Of a stretch of DNA of 33,490 nucleotides, positions 13,201 to 24,265 are shown one piece after another. Numbering within the stretch: the stretch's first letter is position 1; each line of letters opens with the position of its first letter. A model generated the notes under the pieces. It ran no database searches. It was not told the DNA's origin and saw only the letters and a list, made by a program, of their open reading frames with translations. Source of the DNA: Atractiella rhizophila (lineage: Eukaryota); contig MU271547.1 in NCBI GenBank assembly GCA_021432655.1, positions 1 to 33,490 on the forward strand, read 5' to 3'. The translations under genes and the position numbers were made by a program.

Positions 13201-14078
13201 TACGTCGTCGCAATCCAGTCACTCGACTAGTCCCGAATTATTCCTGTTCAGCGGTCGGTTCCGCGCATGAAACTATTCTGAGCGTGACCTCTCTGAATCA
13301 GATGGGATGCCTCTTTCTGCTCCTGGCAAAAGCGACCACTTCTTTCCGTCTCCTCCCCTCTCGCATACCCAGCAAATTGGAAGATAGGACGGAAGTGGAA
13401 AAGGAGGTGGCTGAGGTCTTGAACGAGAAAATTCAGGTCTTCGCCAGACAGTTCATGGACGTTGGAGAGAAACTCGCAGTTCTTGCTTTTGAATGTCCGA
13501 CATTAACGAGGTTGGTGTTTCTCGGGAATCATGGGGTGCCTTCTAATGATTCGAAATAGCCTGCCGGATAATACCATTATTTTCATCACCTGCGCCACTC
13601 TCTTCACCATCAAAATTAATTTCTTCTTTTACAGACGCGATCGATTGAAGACTGACGACTTACGTTTTATGTACGATCCAATGCCTCTGTTTGTCAACGA
13701 ACACTAACATTTGGGTATGGCAGTGAAACGTTTCACTGTCAAGAAGAAATCCTAGAGAGCCTCTGCAACAAGTTGGTCGCAGCAGCCTCTCAACGTTCCG
13801 AACGGCTGCTCATGCGGTGTTCACGTCTCATTCGAGGCATGCTACAGCTATGGAGGGAACGAGAATCGATCATCAAAGAGATGCATGAAGCCCGTGATCA
13901 ATCCAACATTTCTGAGGCTGCAACGACAAATGCAGATCCCTTCCTCAGCGCTTACTTTGATTTCTCCTTCGCTTTCCCCGGGCTCATGGATCAGGGCTTC
14001 ACTCCAGTAAACGAGAACACCACGGATGTGGAGTTGATGCAACTGGAATCGATTTTGAGTGCGCCACCATCAAGTTGA
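10269..14078 (+). CDS. Zn(II)2Cys6 fungal transcription factor, interrupted by an internal tandem duplication as assembled
   Basis: Spliced exons give KRPRTK|RHGACVQ|CRKQKARCEPSATISKACHRCFTLTIPCS (CX2CX6CX9CX2CX6C). A middle-homology-like region (ALLLLSEW) and an acidic/aromatic C-terminal tail (DPFLSAYFDFSFAFPGLMD...) follow, stop at 14076-14078. Start codon tentative. Confidence 0.85.
10722..13493 (+). repeat. Direct tandem duplication, 2 x 1386 bp (10722-12107 and 12108-13493), ~97% identical
   Basis: Both units start ATATCAACGCCTTCTTGTAACAG and end GCAGTTCTTGCTTTTGAA. Paired ORFs sit at a constant 1386-bp offset (11373/12759, 11522/12908, 11898/13284). Confidence 0.97.
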
Positions 14079-14467
14079 AATTTATCAAGCTCACATGTTC
14101 CGTAACCACACCCTGACAGCTTTGATTCTCCCTGCTTGACTTTAAGCACACAAACGGTGTTGGTTGTGGTCAAGCTCACGTATCTTCTGATCCTCACAGC
14201 AGAGAGCGAACATTGAGAGAATAATATTACATTGTTGTTACACTAATGCGCATGCAACAAGTAAAAGGGAAACTATATGCGATTTGGTGTAGTTTTTCTG
14301 ATTCTTCTAGATTCATTCCCTCGTTGTGTTGTTTATCAAAACAAGCTTTGCACGCCGAATATATTCGAATATGAGTATAATACATTTACCCTCCAAATTT
14401 TCCAATTCATTAATACTCGAAATCCTTCCATAATGATGATCTTGGTGCTGAATTTCATGCTGCGAAT

Positions 14468-16109
14468 TCAAAACTTTCGTACCCCTTCCCCATAAGGAGG
14501 AATATAGACCACAATGCAAGCGGCGACACTGTTGCCCATGTCAGCCCCGTCGCTAACTTCAGATGGATTTCACGAACTAGTGGTAGAAAGTATTGTAGTG
14601 GTTGCCATAATAAGCTACGTAGGTCCCACCCTACGTAAGAATTAGTAGCCCATCGACTATGAACATCGAAAGGAGGTACCCGAACAAAGTGCTTTGGCTT
14701 TTGACCTGGAGAAATACGGATTGGCACATTATAAACAGGGGATGAAATGACGCACACCAAACCATGTCTGCGTCGAATCTCATTCCCGCTTCTTTCAAGG
14801 AGCGCGTCGTTGACTCTTCGTCGCCGACTTGATCCTCCTCCCCAGCAAGGAAAGTGCCTCCAATGAGCAATTTACCACGGTGTGTGTCAGGCCAAAATTT
14901 ATCCAAGGGTTCTTGGTCCCAAACGTCGTCATCATATTCCGAGGCCTCGTCATCATATTCCAAGGCCTCGTCATCATAATCTTCTGTTTCATAAACCGCT
15001 TGAATTTTGAATCTGAGGTTGAGGAATGAGAGGACGTTGTATAACAATCGATCACGCCCTTTAAGGCGACTAGGGAGGTCGGGTTCGTTCCCTTCACGGT
15101 CAACAGGATATCTATGTTCCTTTCACTCCGAATTTCCCATCTGTCTCGAGGAAATGTTGGCTCACCTATAATGCATAGCCCATGACAACGTCCCCCCACT
15201 CCTAAAGAAGGATTCGTCGCGCAAAGCGCTCTTGAGAGCCGCCAAAAGTGGTACTGCCGAAATATTGACTTTTTCTCGAGGCCATTCATCCTTTCCCTTT
15301 GAAGAAGCGAGGAAGACGTCATAAGCGATGGTGAGGCGGTAACCAGAAGTCACGGCCTTGACCTCGTGCTGGATATCGTTGTAAAGGAAGACCCAACAGA
15401 CTTTCCCTGAGGCACAATCCTCTTCCCATCTCAAAGTCTGCATGTCGTCATCTTCCCCAACGAGCAATTCTCCTCCTTTGAAAATCGATGGTAGACAAAC
15501 GACTATAGTCCCGAGATGCTGATCGCTTTTGGGGGTATCGCGGTGAGGTTTGAAGAAACCACCTATCTCAACTATGAGCGACATTTCAGAGTCCAGGAAT
15601 ACGAACCAGTCGGGTAACTGTTTGCTTTGTAGAGTTTAGCGTAAATCTTTCGATCCTCTTCACCGTCTCCAGGAGAGATTATGAAATCGTTGAGGGCTTG
15701 TAGGACTCCAGTCTCCTCGTAAAGAGGGTCAAAGTTCAGAGTAAAATCTGGCGTTTTAAACTCCCTCAAAAGTCCCACTGAATCATCATAGACTGTTTCA
15801 TCCTCTCCTCCATGGGGAGAAACGGCGGCAGAGTTATGGAATGCAGCGAGATCTTCTTCATCATACGCTGGAATGGTCAAAATCCTGTTACTAGTTGCGT
15901 TACTATGACATGTACCTGAGGTCAAAGGAATGACCCCACTTTGCAGTTTTTCCTTGGGGTGTCTCCCTGTAGAATATCGAGGCATGCTCCAGGTCTACAT
16001 CAGCTAGCTTATAGCTCCCACATAGGAAAGGCACTTTGGCTTCTTTCGTCAGCTCAGCGTTGATGGCCTCGATTCGTTTAGTTTCTGCTTGACTAGCTGC
16101 AGCACGCAT
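14468..16109 (-). CDS. 2-oxoglutarate/Fe(II)-dependent oxygenase superfamily protein, ~6 introns
   Basis: Spliced reading gives LYKANSYPT|GGFFKPHRDTP (HxD), LVVCLP-like 'IVVCLPSIFKGGELLV', FLYNDIQHEVKAVTSGYRLTIAY (distal H and R), LKGRD, and C-terminal YVAYYGNH...YVAACIVVYIPPYGEGVRKF*. Confidence 0.9.
14926..14978 (-). repeat. 21-bp coding tandem repeat (~2.5 copies; YDDEALE/YDDEASE/YDD)
   Basis: tcgtcatcatattccgaggcc / tcgtcatcatattccaaggcc / tcgtcatcata on the plus strand. Confidence 0.85.
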
Positions 16110-16744
16110 GACGCTTTTCTCTCGTGAATTTGCGCTGAATATTGCAATAATCTTGCTCGTGGGACCCCCTTTAATAAACTTGAACGGGAGCGAATCCTTG
16201 ACTATATCTGACTGCACGACTGGATATGTTTGACTTGACTTTGATGCCTATCTGCCGAATGCCGAAAGGGATCAATTTCGCAGACGAGAAGCAAAGCCTG
16301 ATCATAAAGAAGTGGAAGGATAGGATAAGCGTAAAGAATTGTTCAAAGAAGATAACGGCCTGACTATCAAAGTTCATTTACAGAGGGCTTGCTTCTTGAT
16401 TTGCAACAATGGTCATTTAGTTCCTGTCCTACTCAGCGCTGTTCGAAGCCTGTAGCGTATCCCTGTTGGTCATGGAGAACATGGAGAACTTTCAAGCAGA
16501 TCAAAATCAATCAGATTTAACGCTGTAGGATCAATCAATGTCCCAATCTGGACAGGTCCGAAGCGATTTGAGCAATAACGTTGATGCTGTGATGCTGTGG
16601 ATTCCTAGTCAGAAGAAAGAAAGTAAGTGGTCCACTCGAGTCACGTGGAGCATGTGCAAAGGGTGATGAATCGAGCTCACGGCACTCAAAAACGACGGAT
16701 CAGCCATATTCCGGTCATAAAATTGTTGTACTATATTATTATTC

Positions 16745-19032
16745 ATGGCATCCGGGTACATCTTCACGCTTCCACTCGATTTCTTACAATCTCTCGTCCC
16801 GCGATCGAATGATGGATCTTTTCCTGCCACTGACCAACAAACCTTGACTTCAGACTCAGAGACTGACGAAGATTTGGTGGCTGGAGGGGCTCCGAAGCTT
16901 TTGACTTGTGCTGTGTGCGCTGTGAAGGCCTTTAGGAGCGTGGAGGAACAGAGGGAGCATTGGAGGAGCGATTGGCATAGGTATAATTTGAAGAGGAAAG
17001 TTGGAGGTAGGGAGGGCGTGTCGGAGGAGAGATGGGAGGAAGGTGAGCTTTCATGTTTTGGTTGGAGATGTTGTGTTGTTATGGTCGAGGCGGGAAGAGA
17101 CCTTTTGCTTTTCTGAGCCGTCTAGCCATTTCAAGATTATGTAAACTACTAATTTCCTGCCATCATGCTATACTGAGCGTTAAATGAGCATTTTGGGTCA
17201 ACGAAAATAAGCGATAAATCAGCGTCAGCTGTGTGTTTAATTGTCCACTTTCGATTGTCTGCATGGTTGGTTGTCTTGATCGAAAAGGCAATACGGCTGA
17301 TCTCATTCTTGCACATTTGCTTTGCGAGCTCCTGTTTGGATTGCCACTCAAACCAATATACGTAATGTTGAACCTTTGACAACATCATCAATGTGTTGTC
17401 TTTCACCTGGGGTCAATCTTTCTCAGGTTTAGCTTGTGTATTCTATCCTAAACTTTAGGCGCCAGCACTGGATGGGCATATTCTCGGATGTGGTCACATG
17501 AAGGGAATAAAACGCTCGATCTCGAAATCGAGGCATCAAGTTGTGAATACACTAACACTTTGATCGCAGGTGTAAATTCATCCATCAGTGGCAGCAATTC
17601 ATCCGTCTCATCCAACGAGGAAGAACAAAGAGGACCAGGATCCCCCCTGCTGTGGTACACAAGCAATGCGTCTTCTACAGTCCAATATGGAATCTATCGT
17701 TCCGTGTTTCCGTTCCAAAACACCTCCCTATCGTCCCTCCAAGTGGAGCCGATTCCACTCCCCAACGCTAAACTTATCGATCCCGCATTCTCTACTCGCA
17801 AATGGACCATGCTCATGTTCGGTGGAGGCCATTTCGCGGGCGCAATCATCTCCTTAATCCCAGGAAAGACAGGAAAAACCATGTACGAAGAGGTGGTGCT
17901 CAAGAGCAAGACATTTCATCGATATACAACACGACGAAAGCAGGGTGGATCTCAATCTGCTCACGATGGTGGAAAGGGAAAGGCGAGTAGCGCTGGCGCG
18001 ACATTAAGGCGTTATAATGAAGCGGCATTGCAAGACGAAGTCAGAGAATTGTTGAATCTGTGGAGGGAGGATGTTGATGGGAGCGAACTCGTATGGCTGA
18101 GATGCAGTAAGACGAATATAAAGACTTTCGTGGATTATGAGGGTTGTGTTTTACAAAGAAAGGATCCCAAGCTGAGAAGCTTTCCTTTTCCTACTCGTAG
18201 AGCTGTTCGTCTTCCTTGTTCAGATCATTTCAGACTGACCTTAGGACAGACGACCAACGAACTGATACGATCCTTTCACGAGCTTACCCACCTTAAAACA
18301 TCCACGTTAACTGTTGAGAACGTCGAGTCCCTCTCTTCTGCTCCAAAGCCCAACGTCCTACCATCTAAGAAGCCAGCTATTGAGTCCCCAGCGCCGCCAC
18401 CAGCTCCGGTCCCTCTCACACCGGAAGAGATCGCGTCCAAGAAAGCAACGGAGATGATTCGAAAAGGGCGGCTAGAAGCCCTCTCAAACCACATCAACAA
18501 GAACCCCTCGTTAGATCTTCAGTCATTGCTTCATCTCGCCTCCTCATCTTCACAGCCGATTATTGTTCGCTGGCTTCTCACTGAGAAGCAACTCGATCCT
18601 AAGATAAAAGTTAACGGCCGTACTGCTTACGAGGTTTCTGCTGGACGTGATGTTAGGACCGCCTTCCGTGCAGCAAGAGAAGAGGATAAGGAAGGTGGTG
18701 ATGAGAGATGGGAAGGGAGCGGCGTCCCTGTAGGATTAGGTGGTAGCAAGGAAGACGACGTTGCGAATACCAAGGGGAAGGAGCGGAAGAATCGACTGAA
18801 GGAAAAGATGAAAGAGAGCCGAAAGGCAAGAGAAGCAGCTATTATCGAAGAAGAAAACAACCTGGAGGAACCACCGAAGGAAGAGAAGAGTAGTGGCCGA
18901 CTTGGTGGCGTGAGGAGACTGAAGGATCTTACCGTCTCTGATGGAGTTGGATTGACGGAAGAGCAGAAGATGAGGCTGGAGAGAGAACGAAGGGCAAGGG
19001 CTGCAGAAGCACGACTAGGTATAGGACGATGA
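16745..19032 (+). CDS. VMS1: Vms1/ANKZF1 ribosome-quality-control peptidyl-tRNA release factor (C2H2 zinc finger, VLRF1 domain, ankyrin repeat, C-terminal VIM-like tail)
   Basis: CAVC...QREHWRSDWHRYNLKRK zinc finger, MFGGGHFAGAI, KTFHRYTTRRKQGGSQSAHD (catalytic GSQ loop), SAGATLRRYNEAAL, PFPTRRA|TTNEL, LLHLASS ankyrin and RERRARAAEARL. Introns 17043-17569 and an in-frame 45-nt intron 18205-18249. Confidence 0.95.
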
Positions 19033-19059
19033 GGTGCATTGTATTCCCATCAAACTTGA

Positions 19060-20292
19060 TTACAACGAATGCGACAAGTTCGTCGAGTGCTGCATCTCTC
19101 TGGGCGGATCGAATTCCATCCATACACCTCTTGCCTCACAAAGGAGGCTCAACTGCTCCCCTCTCCCTTCAGATGCCAGTACGAGTTCGGCTCTTTGGAT
19201 GGGCAGCTTCAACCATGTCAGTCGTCCCCACTTTCGCACTCGTCGGAGCATCAAATCCACCACAATATCGATATCACCTCCCGAAGTATCAGACACCTCA
19301 AACCTTTCTATCTCCATAGGAAGACTGTCGAAAAATCTGACTTTCTCATCTTCCTTGCCACAATTGCGCCGTACGAAGCCAGACCCTCCAATAGACAGTT
19401 TTTTCAGTGCGTTGAAACTGCAGTCTTCGAAGATCTTGATTGGCACGTCGAGTAAGGTGGCGGCATGATTGAACGAAAAGGACTGGAGGTGGGGTGATAG
19501 CACGGAAAGGGGCTCGATGATGTTAAAGTCAATTGAGGACAGCGACAGGTGTCTTATCGTCTTGGTCGCTGTGGAGAAATAAGACAGAGGAGGGAGGAAG
19601 AGCTTTTCATCGGCACTCAGGTGGAAGGTGTGGAGGCTGATCGAACGCGAATGGAGGAAAGAAGTGTCGAAGAGGGCCGAGTATGCCGAGAAGGCAATGG
19701 TCCAAGTCATGCTCAAGGCTAACACTTCAACGTTGGCTGCCACCCTTGCCAGACCAGCGCTTTCAGATTCTGCGCACCAAGCGCCGTAAGGTGACGATAG
19801 ATAATAGAACGGAACCGCAACGTCCAACTCTCTCTTCCCTGTCTCATACGGTTTGGATCGCTCAACGACGTCGCCCAGTTTGGCAAAAGAAAACTCTTCG
19901 GGCGACGCGTATCGATTGTTCAGACGGCACTTGGTCCATCTCACTCCCGCCCGCTCCAGCATGTCTACGTCTGTGACAGATTTGACCACGACCTCCCTTA
20001 TCCAGGTCGCGGGCAACAGCATCTGTCTCTCTCCCAGTCCAATCCTTGGATCAAACCGAACATGCCGCTCCAATCCCATAAGTAACCTCTGCGCCGGGTC
20101 ACGCCAACTTGCACAAACTAGCGCGCAGTTCGAGAGAGACCTCGCATATACGCCTACGGCGAGAGAGAAAGACGAGGGGCCAGTGAAGTCTTCTAATCCT
20201 GAGTTGGAGGAAAGGTGTGATTGAGAATGGCAATACGGAAGGATGAGGAGGAACATGTGAGAGAGTAGCTCGGGAGGAAGTGATGGGGACAT
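19060..20292 (-). CDS. F-box-like domain protein with degenerate LRR-like C-terminus
   Basis: MSPSLPPELLSHMFLLI ... LSNCALVCASWRDPAQRLL matches the fungal F-box-like pattern, followed by LxxLxL-type repeats (IRHLSL, LQSFSF, LKKLSI, LTWLKL). ATG at 20292. Confidence 0.75.
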   Translation of the reverse strand: MSPSLPPELLSHMFLLILPYCHSQSHLSSNSGLEDFTGPSSFSLAVGVYARSLSNCALVCASWRDPAQRLLMGLERHVRFDPRIGLGERQMLLPATWIREVVVKSVTDVDMLERAGVRWTKCRLNNRYASPEEFSFAKLGDVVERSKPYETGKRELDVAVPFYYLSSPYGAWCAESESAGLARVAANVEVLALSMTWTIAFSAYSALFDTSFLHSRSISLHTFHLSADEKLFLPPLSYFSTATKTIRHLSLSSIDFNIIEPLSVLSPHLQSFSFNHAATLLDVPIKIFEDCSFNALKKLSIGGSGFVRRNCGKEDEKVRFFDSLPMEIERFEVSDTSGGDIDIVVDLMLRRVRKWGRLTWLKLPIQRAELVLASEGRGEQLSLLCEARGVWMEFDPPREMQHSTNLSHSL

Positions 20293-20769
20293 TCTGTCAC
20301 AATGATCAGACTGAATCTGGCGAACTGGCAGAGAGTAGACGACGCACCAATAAAGGCTCCTCAGAATGTCTACTGGCAATATTAACGAGTCGAAGGAAAA
20401 CACAAATGGCCAGGAGAATGTTTATATTTGGTGAGGAATCACATACTAGCCTGTCTCCACGGAGGTCGAGCATCCTGCAGGATTTCCGTCTCGGTCTGAT
20501 TCACTCCCATTCCGTTGTTGTTCGCCTATAATATCATATATGTGGCGGCCTCGAGAAGCTGGCACTCGGGTGCTCGCAAGCCTGAATCAATTCGAAAAGC
20601 CCGACGCTCTCGAGCTGCTTAGCGCCAAGTGTACCAGGTTACAGAAGGCGTTATTCCACCTGCACCCACGACTATGGAAAGCTCGTAGACTTCAAGATTC
20701 ACCATCTAACGCAAGATGAAATAATCAAAATATAGCTCCGTTTGGTTCTTTTTTATTCGGCCTGTCAAT

Positions 20770-21296
20770 TGGTATACTATGGGAGCAGTTCCTGAGGTAG
20801 ATTTGCAACTATTCGAATGTGAACATACCGTCAATGTCATATTATTGGGACCAAACCAGAGAACATTGCACCGCTGTTCAATTGGGTGAGGGATTGGGAT
20901 GGAGTTAGACGACTACCATCGCGAACCGAACGACGAGTGAGGCATCGGTTGATGGTTTAAGTGCGCAATGTAGACTCACATAAGGTGACTTCGCGCCGTG
21001 TACTTCAGCTTTACGTTCTCTGTTTGAGTCCGTAAAGAACACCATTGACAGACACGCTGCGTCACCTCTGATTTTGCAGTATTGATTGAAAGGCTGGCCT
21101 TTCCACTCCTTGAGAAGGCCATATGGAGCGACCTTCTTCCCAGAACGAACACAACACAACCGAGCAGCTGGAATCGTTCTATAGGCTCCGCCTTGGCTTC
21201 GTCTACACAAGTCATGCAAAGTCTGTTGCCATTGTAGGTAGACTTTCAAGTCCTGCCTGTTTGCTTGTGTAGACGGAAATCTTTCAAGCTTTTATA
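20770..21296 (-). other. Possible unannotated spliced transcript (small ORF or ncRNA)
   Basis: TATAAAA at 21296-21290, a canonical intron GTGAGT...CTAAC...AACAG (20979-20874) and a second GTATGT donor at 20828. No convincing ATG-initiated ORF. Confidence 0.3.
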
Positions 21297-21830
21297 GGCT
21301 ACGGAGGTTCTGTAGCCCGCTGCTTCCATGAGAGGATGGTGAGATGTCTATCCATCCTGCCATCGTTGGGACCGTGCTCCCAAACAGCCATCGTATGCTT
21401 TGCCGCCGATTGTGAAGGGAGGCGAGTTTAAACCATGGACAGCTGGATACGGGAACGTTTTCTTGCTGAAGAGAACGGAGCAGATTAAGAGGAGAATGAA
21501 ATAAGTAAATGAATTTGTTGCGGATTCAATCGTTAGGTGTTCTTTAATGTCACCATCCTCCTTCTTCGAAGCTTCTCGACTGGTAAAGTTGGACCATTGA
21601 CTGAGCTCATGGGAAGGAAAACGAAAAGGCGAATTAATTGTCTCCGTTAAGCAGAATATCTCTTCAACCATAGCATAACAGCTACACATATACCCAACCC
21701 CCCTCGAATCTCCAACCAACTAGTGACATGTTGCCGGCCAACTGCAACAGCAAACATCACCGCTATCCCAACAACGACAAGAGTAGAAAGAGCAAAGCTT
21801 ACCCAACATCGTCTCTGACAGAGAAAAAGT

Positions 21831-22232
21831 CTAATGAGCAAGATACTTCCTCCCCTTCTCCCTCCTCCTCTCCAACATCCTCCTCCCCTCCTTCGTCTTG
21901 ATCCGACTCAAGAACCCATGCTTCCTCTTCCTCTTCACCTTTGATGGTTGGTAGTCCACTCCCCTCTTCACCGTCCTTATCTGCGTCGCTCCTCCGCCTA
22001 TCGACAGCGACAGCGGTAGGGGTATGACTGGTGTTGTTGGTGCGGTTAGTGAGTGGGCCAGGGGTATAGAGGATGGGTGGGAGGGCAGGGACTGGCGGGT
22101 GGTGGTGGTTGGAAGGGAGGATGGGCGGGAGAGGAGGAGGGAGAAGGACCGCGAGTGGGGCGGACGGAGGGAGTTGGCGTGAGGACGAAGAAGGAGAGCG
22201 GGACGGAGGAGGTTGGGCAGCACTCGATTCAT
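21831..22232 (-). CDS. MRPL34: Mitochondrial ribosomal protein bL34m with N-terminal presequence
   Basis: C-terminal [44 protein letters not shown] is the L34 signature. The N-terminus is rich in Arg/Ser/Leu and free of acidic residues. Confidence 0.95.
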   Translation of the reverse strand: MNRVLPNLLRPALLLRPHANSLRPPHSRSFSLLLSRPSSLPTTTTRQSLPSHPSSIPLAHSLTAPTTPVIPLPLSLSIGGGATQIRTVKRGVDYQPSKVKRKRKHGFLSRIKTKEGRRMLERRREKGRKYLAH

Positions 22233-22871
22233 CTTGGTGCTTTTTTGTTCCTTGGTTAAAGCGGGCGGAAAAGGGAGCTATTGTCATTGGAAGAATGGAG
22301 TTTATAGTTTATGAGGAGTTTCTTAGTATTGAAAAGTTGAGCGAACACTACTAGGCCACAAGGGCAGGAGGGAACGTGAGACGGTTGGAGCTGCGATATA
22401 AATGTTTCACTGGATAATCGAGTGTGTTGGACGTTTGAGCTCAGGATAAGATTTTCAGTCTCTCTTCTTCAGCAATTAGCAAAGAATAGGATATCGTATT
22501 TATGTGGTCTATCCCACGCATTTGCCTTGCTAGCTTGCATTTATGATTACCTTTCCGAATGCTGCAAACTCGAAGTTGGCCTATGTCATAAAGGAGAGAA
22601 CCGTAACAAGCACGGATGAATCCGCCAGGGACTCATTCGAAGCACAATATTCACAACGTCATTGTTGCATTGCTCTGAAACGATTCAAGCTCAAAAATTG
22701 CGCTCTGCAATAAACTGCAAATTGAATGTTGCTGCCTGACAAACTCGAGTCATTTTCATGAGTCACGCCTTGACCGATGGGGTACTTTTTATCTGTTCTC
22801 ATTCCATTATTCCCCCCCCATCCCTCCCTCCATCAAGGAGCATCTGGGAATAAAGCGCAGTTGTAAAAGAG

Positions 22872-24265
22872 ATGACATCCACACCATCTCAACCTAAAGC
22901 ACCAACGATCATCGCGACCTCTCAGCAGTCTCGTTTCGCGCTCGACTGTCTCGATGCGCCAGAATCGAAGGAGGTGAGTCTCGCCACTTCCACATTTACA
23001 TTCCTTTGCACTCGCGCATCGCATGGCCTCTGACGAATAATGGTGATGGTGAAGATTGATTTGAAAGATGTGACGATTTCGATCGACGGCAAGGAAGTGC
23101 TCGATCATGCTCATCTAAAGATCAAAGAAGGAGGTCGATACATTCTCGTCGGGAGGAATGGGAGCGGGAAGAGCAGTGCGTCCTACCCAACCAACTTTCA
23201 CTCTCTACCATTTCCATGATTTCTGAAAGCTGATGAAACTCGCTTCCATGCGTTTTGTGTGGAATGTAGCGCTCCTAAGAGCAATGGCGGACGGCCTCAT
23301 CCCCGGGATCCCTTGGAACCTGAGGATCCTCCTTCTCGGACAGACAATCATCACGAGCGACGTGTACGACGATTCCCTCGCAGTGTCGATCGAGGGAAAG
23401 GAAGAGGAGGTGAGCGTGCTCCAACACGTCGTACAGAGCGATAGGAGACGAGAGAAGCTCTTGCGCGAACTCAACCGTGCGTCTTTCTTTCATCCCCCTC
23501 ACACCGTTCCATCCCCTCCGATAAATTATCGAATGAATTTAACGTCCCTATTGTGCTGCTGGTGATAATGTTGGAAAAGCCGTTGGAATCTCAAGATACC
23601 CTCGCAGCGCTCAGAGCATATCGTCAATTCAAATTGGAGAAGGCAAGGTTGAGACTGTTGGAGTTGAAGCTCGTGGCGAGCAAAAGGTCTGGGGCGAGGG
23701 GAGCGAAAGCTCGCAAGGCGTTGTTGGACGGTGAACAGGCACTGAAGGATTCCGAAGCCGCGTACGCCTCCCAAGCTCCCTACAAGCTCTTTTTGTAGAT
23801 TGAGAATTGAGTGGATGCGATTTTTAGGTTGGAAAATGTGGATGAGGACGCGACGAAGGGGGACGGCGTGGAGGAGGAGTTGAGAGGTGCTGTGGAGGCT
23901 TTGGAAGAGATCAGGATGGCGCTCGAAGCTGTCCGTCGTCCTGCTTTTCGTACTTTGGCTCACATGGACTGAGAGAGGACTGGTGGTAGATGGATTCGAA
24001 TAACACCGAGAGCCTATCACGTCGAGTTTTAAAAGGTCTCGGTTTCTCAGAAGACATGATCTCTTCTCCCTTCTCCAAACTCTCAGGAGGATGGCGAACA
24101 CGGTTCGTGTCCCCTCCAGTCCATTCCTCTCCCATCAACCCAAACAAACAAAATTGCTCATTCCAATACCACAGATGTTTCCTCGCAAGCGCATTGGTCC
24201 AAAAAACGGACATTCTCTGTCTGGACGAGCCCACCAACTTCCTCGACCTGCCTGCCGTCATCTGG
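22872..24265 (+). pseudogene. Truncated ABC-F-type (soluble ABC ATPase) gene; only the first NBD is present
   Basis: SQQSRF...IDLKDVTISIDGKEVLDHAHLKIKEGGRYILVGRNGSGKST (Walker A), LSGGWRTR (signature) and LCLDEPTNFLDLPAVIW (Walker B), then an abrupt switch to unrelated sequence. The third intron acceptor appears as AA (23567-23568) where AG would restore the frame. Confidence 0.8.

Noticed and set aside
17220..17392. Box C (TGATGA) and box D (CTGA) on the minus strand within the VMS1 intron
   Set aside because: Antisense to the host gene, ~165 nt apart, with no recognisable rRNA guide or terminal stem.
19029..20224. Plus-strand ORFs of 96-144 aa
   Set aside because: Antisense shadows of the minus-strand F-box-like ORF.
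20880..21190. Telomerase RNA, U3 or snR30/U17 identity for the orphan locus (3' intron; GAATCGTTCTATAGG resembling U3 box A; AAACCAT resembling snR30 m2)
   Set aside because: No CTAACCCTAA-type template, no U3 B/C/D boxes in the right order, and no snR30 m1 motif. The matches are too short to support a call.
21799..22354. Alternative-frame 162-aa ORF and plus-strand Gly-rich ORFs overlapping MRPL34
   Set aside because: Low-complexity frame shadows. Only the 21831-22232 frame carries the L34 signature.
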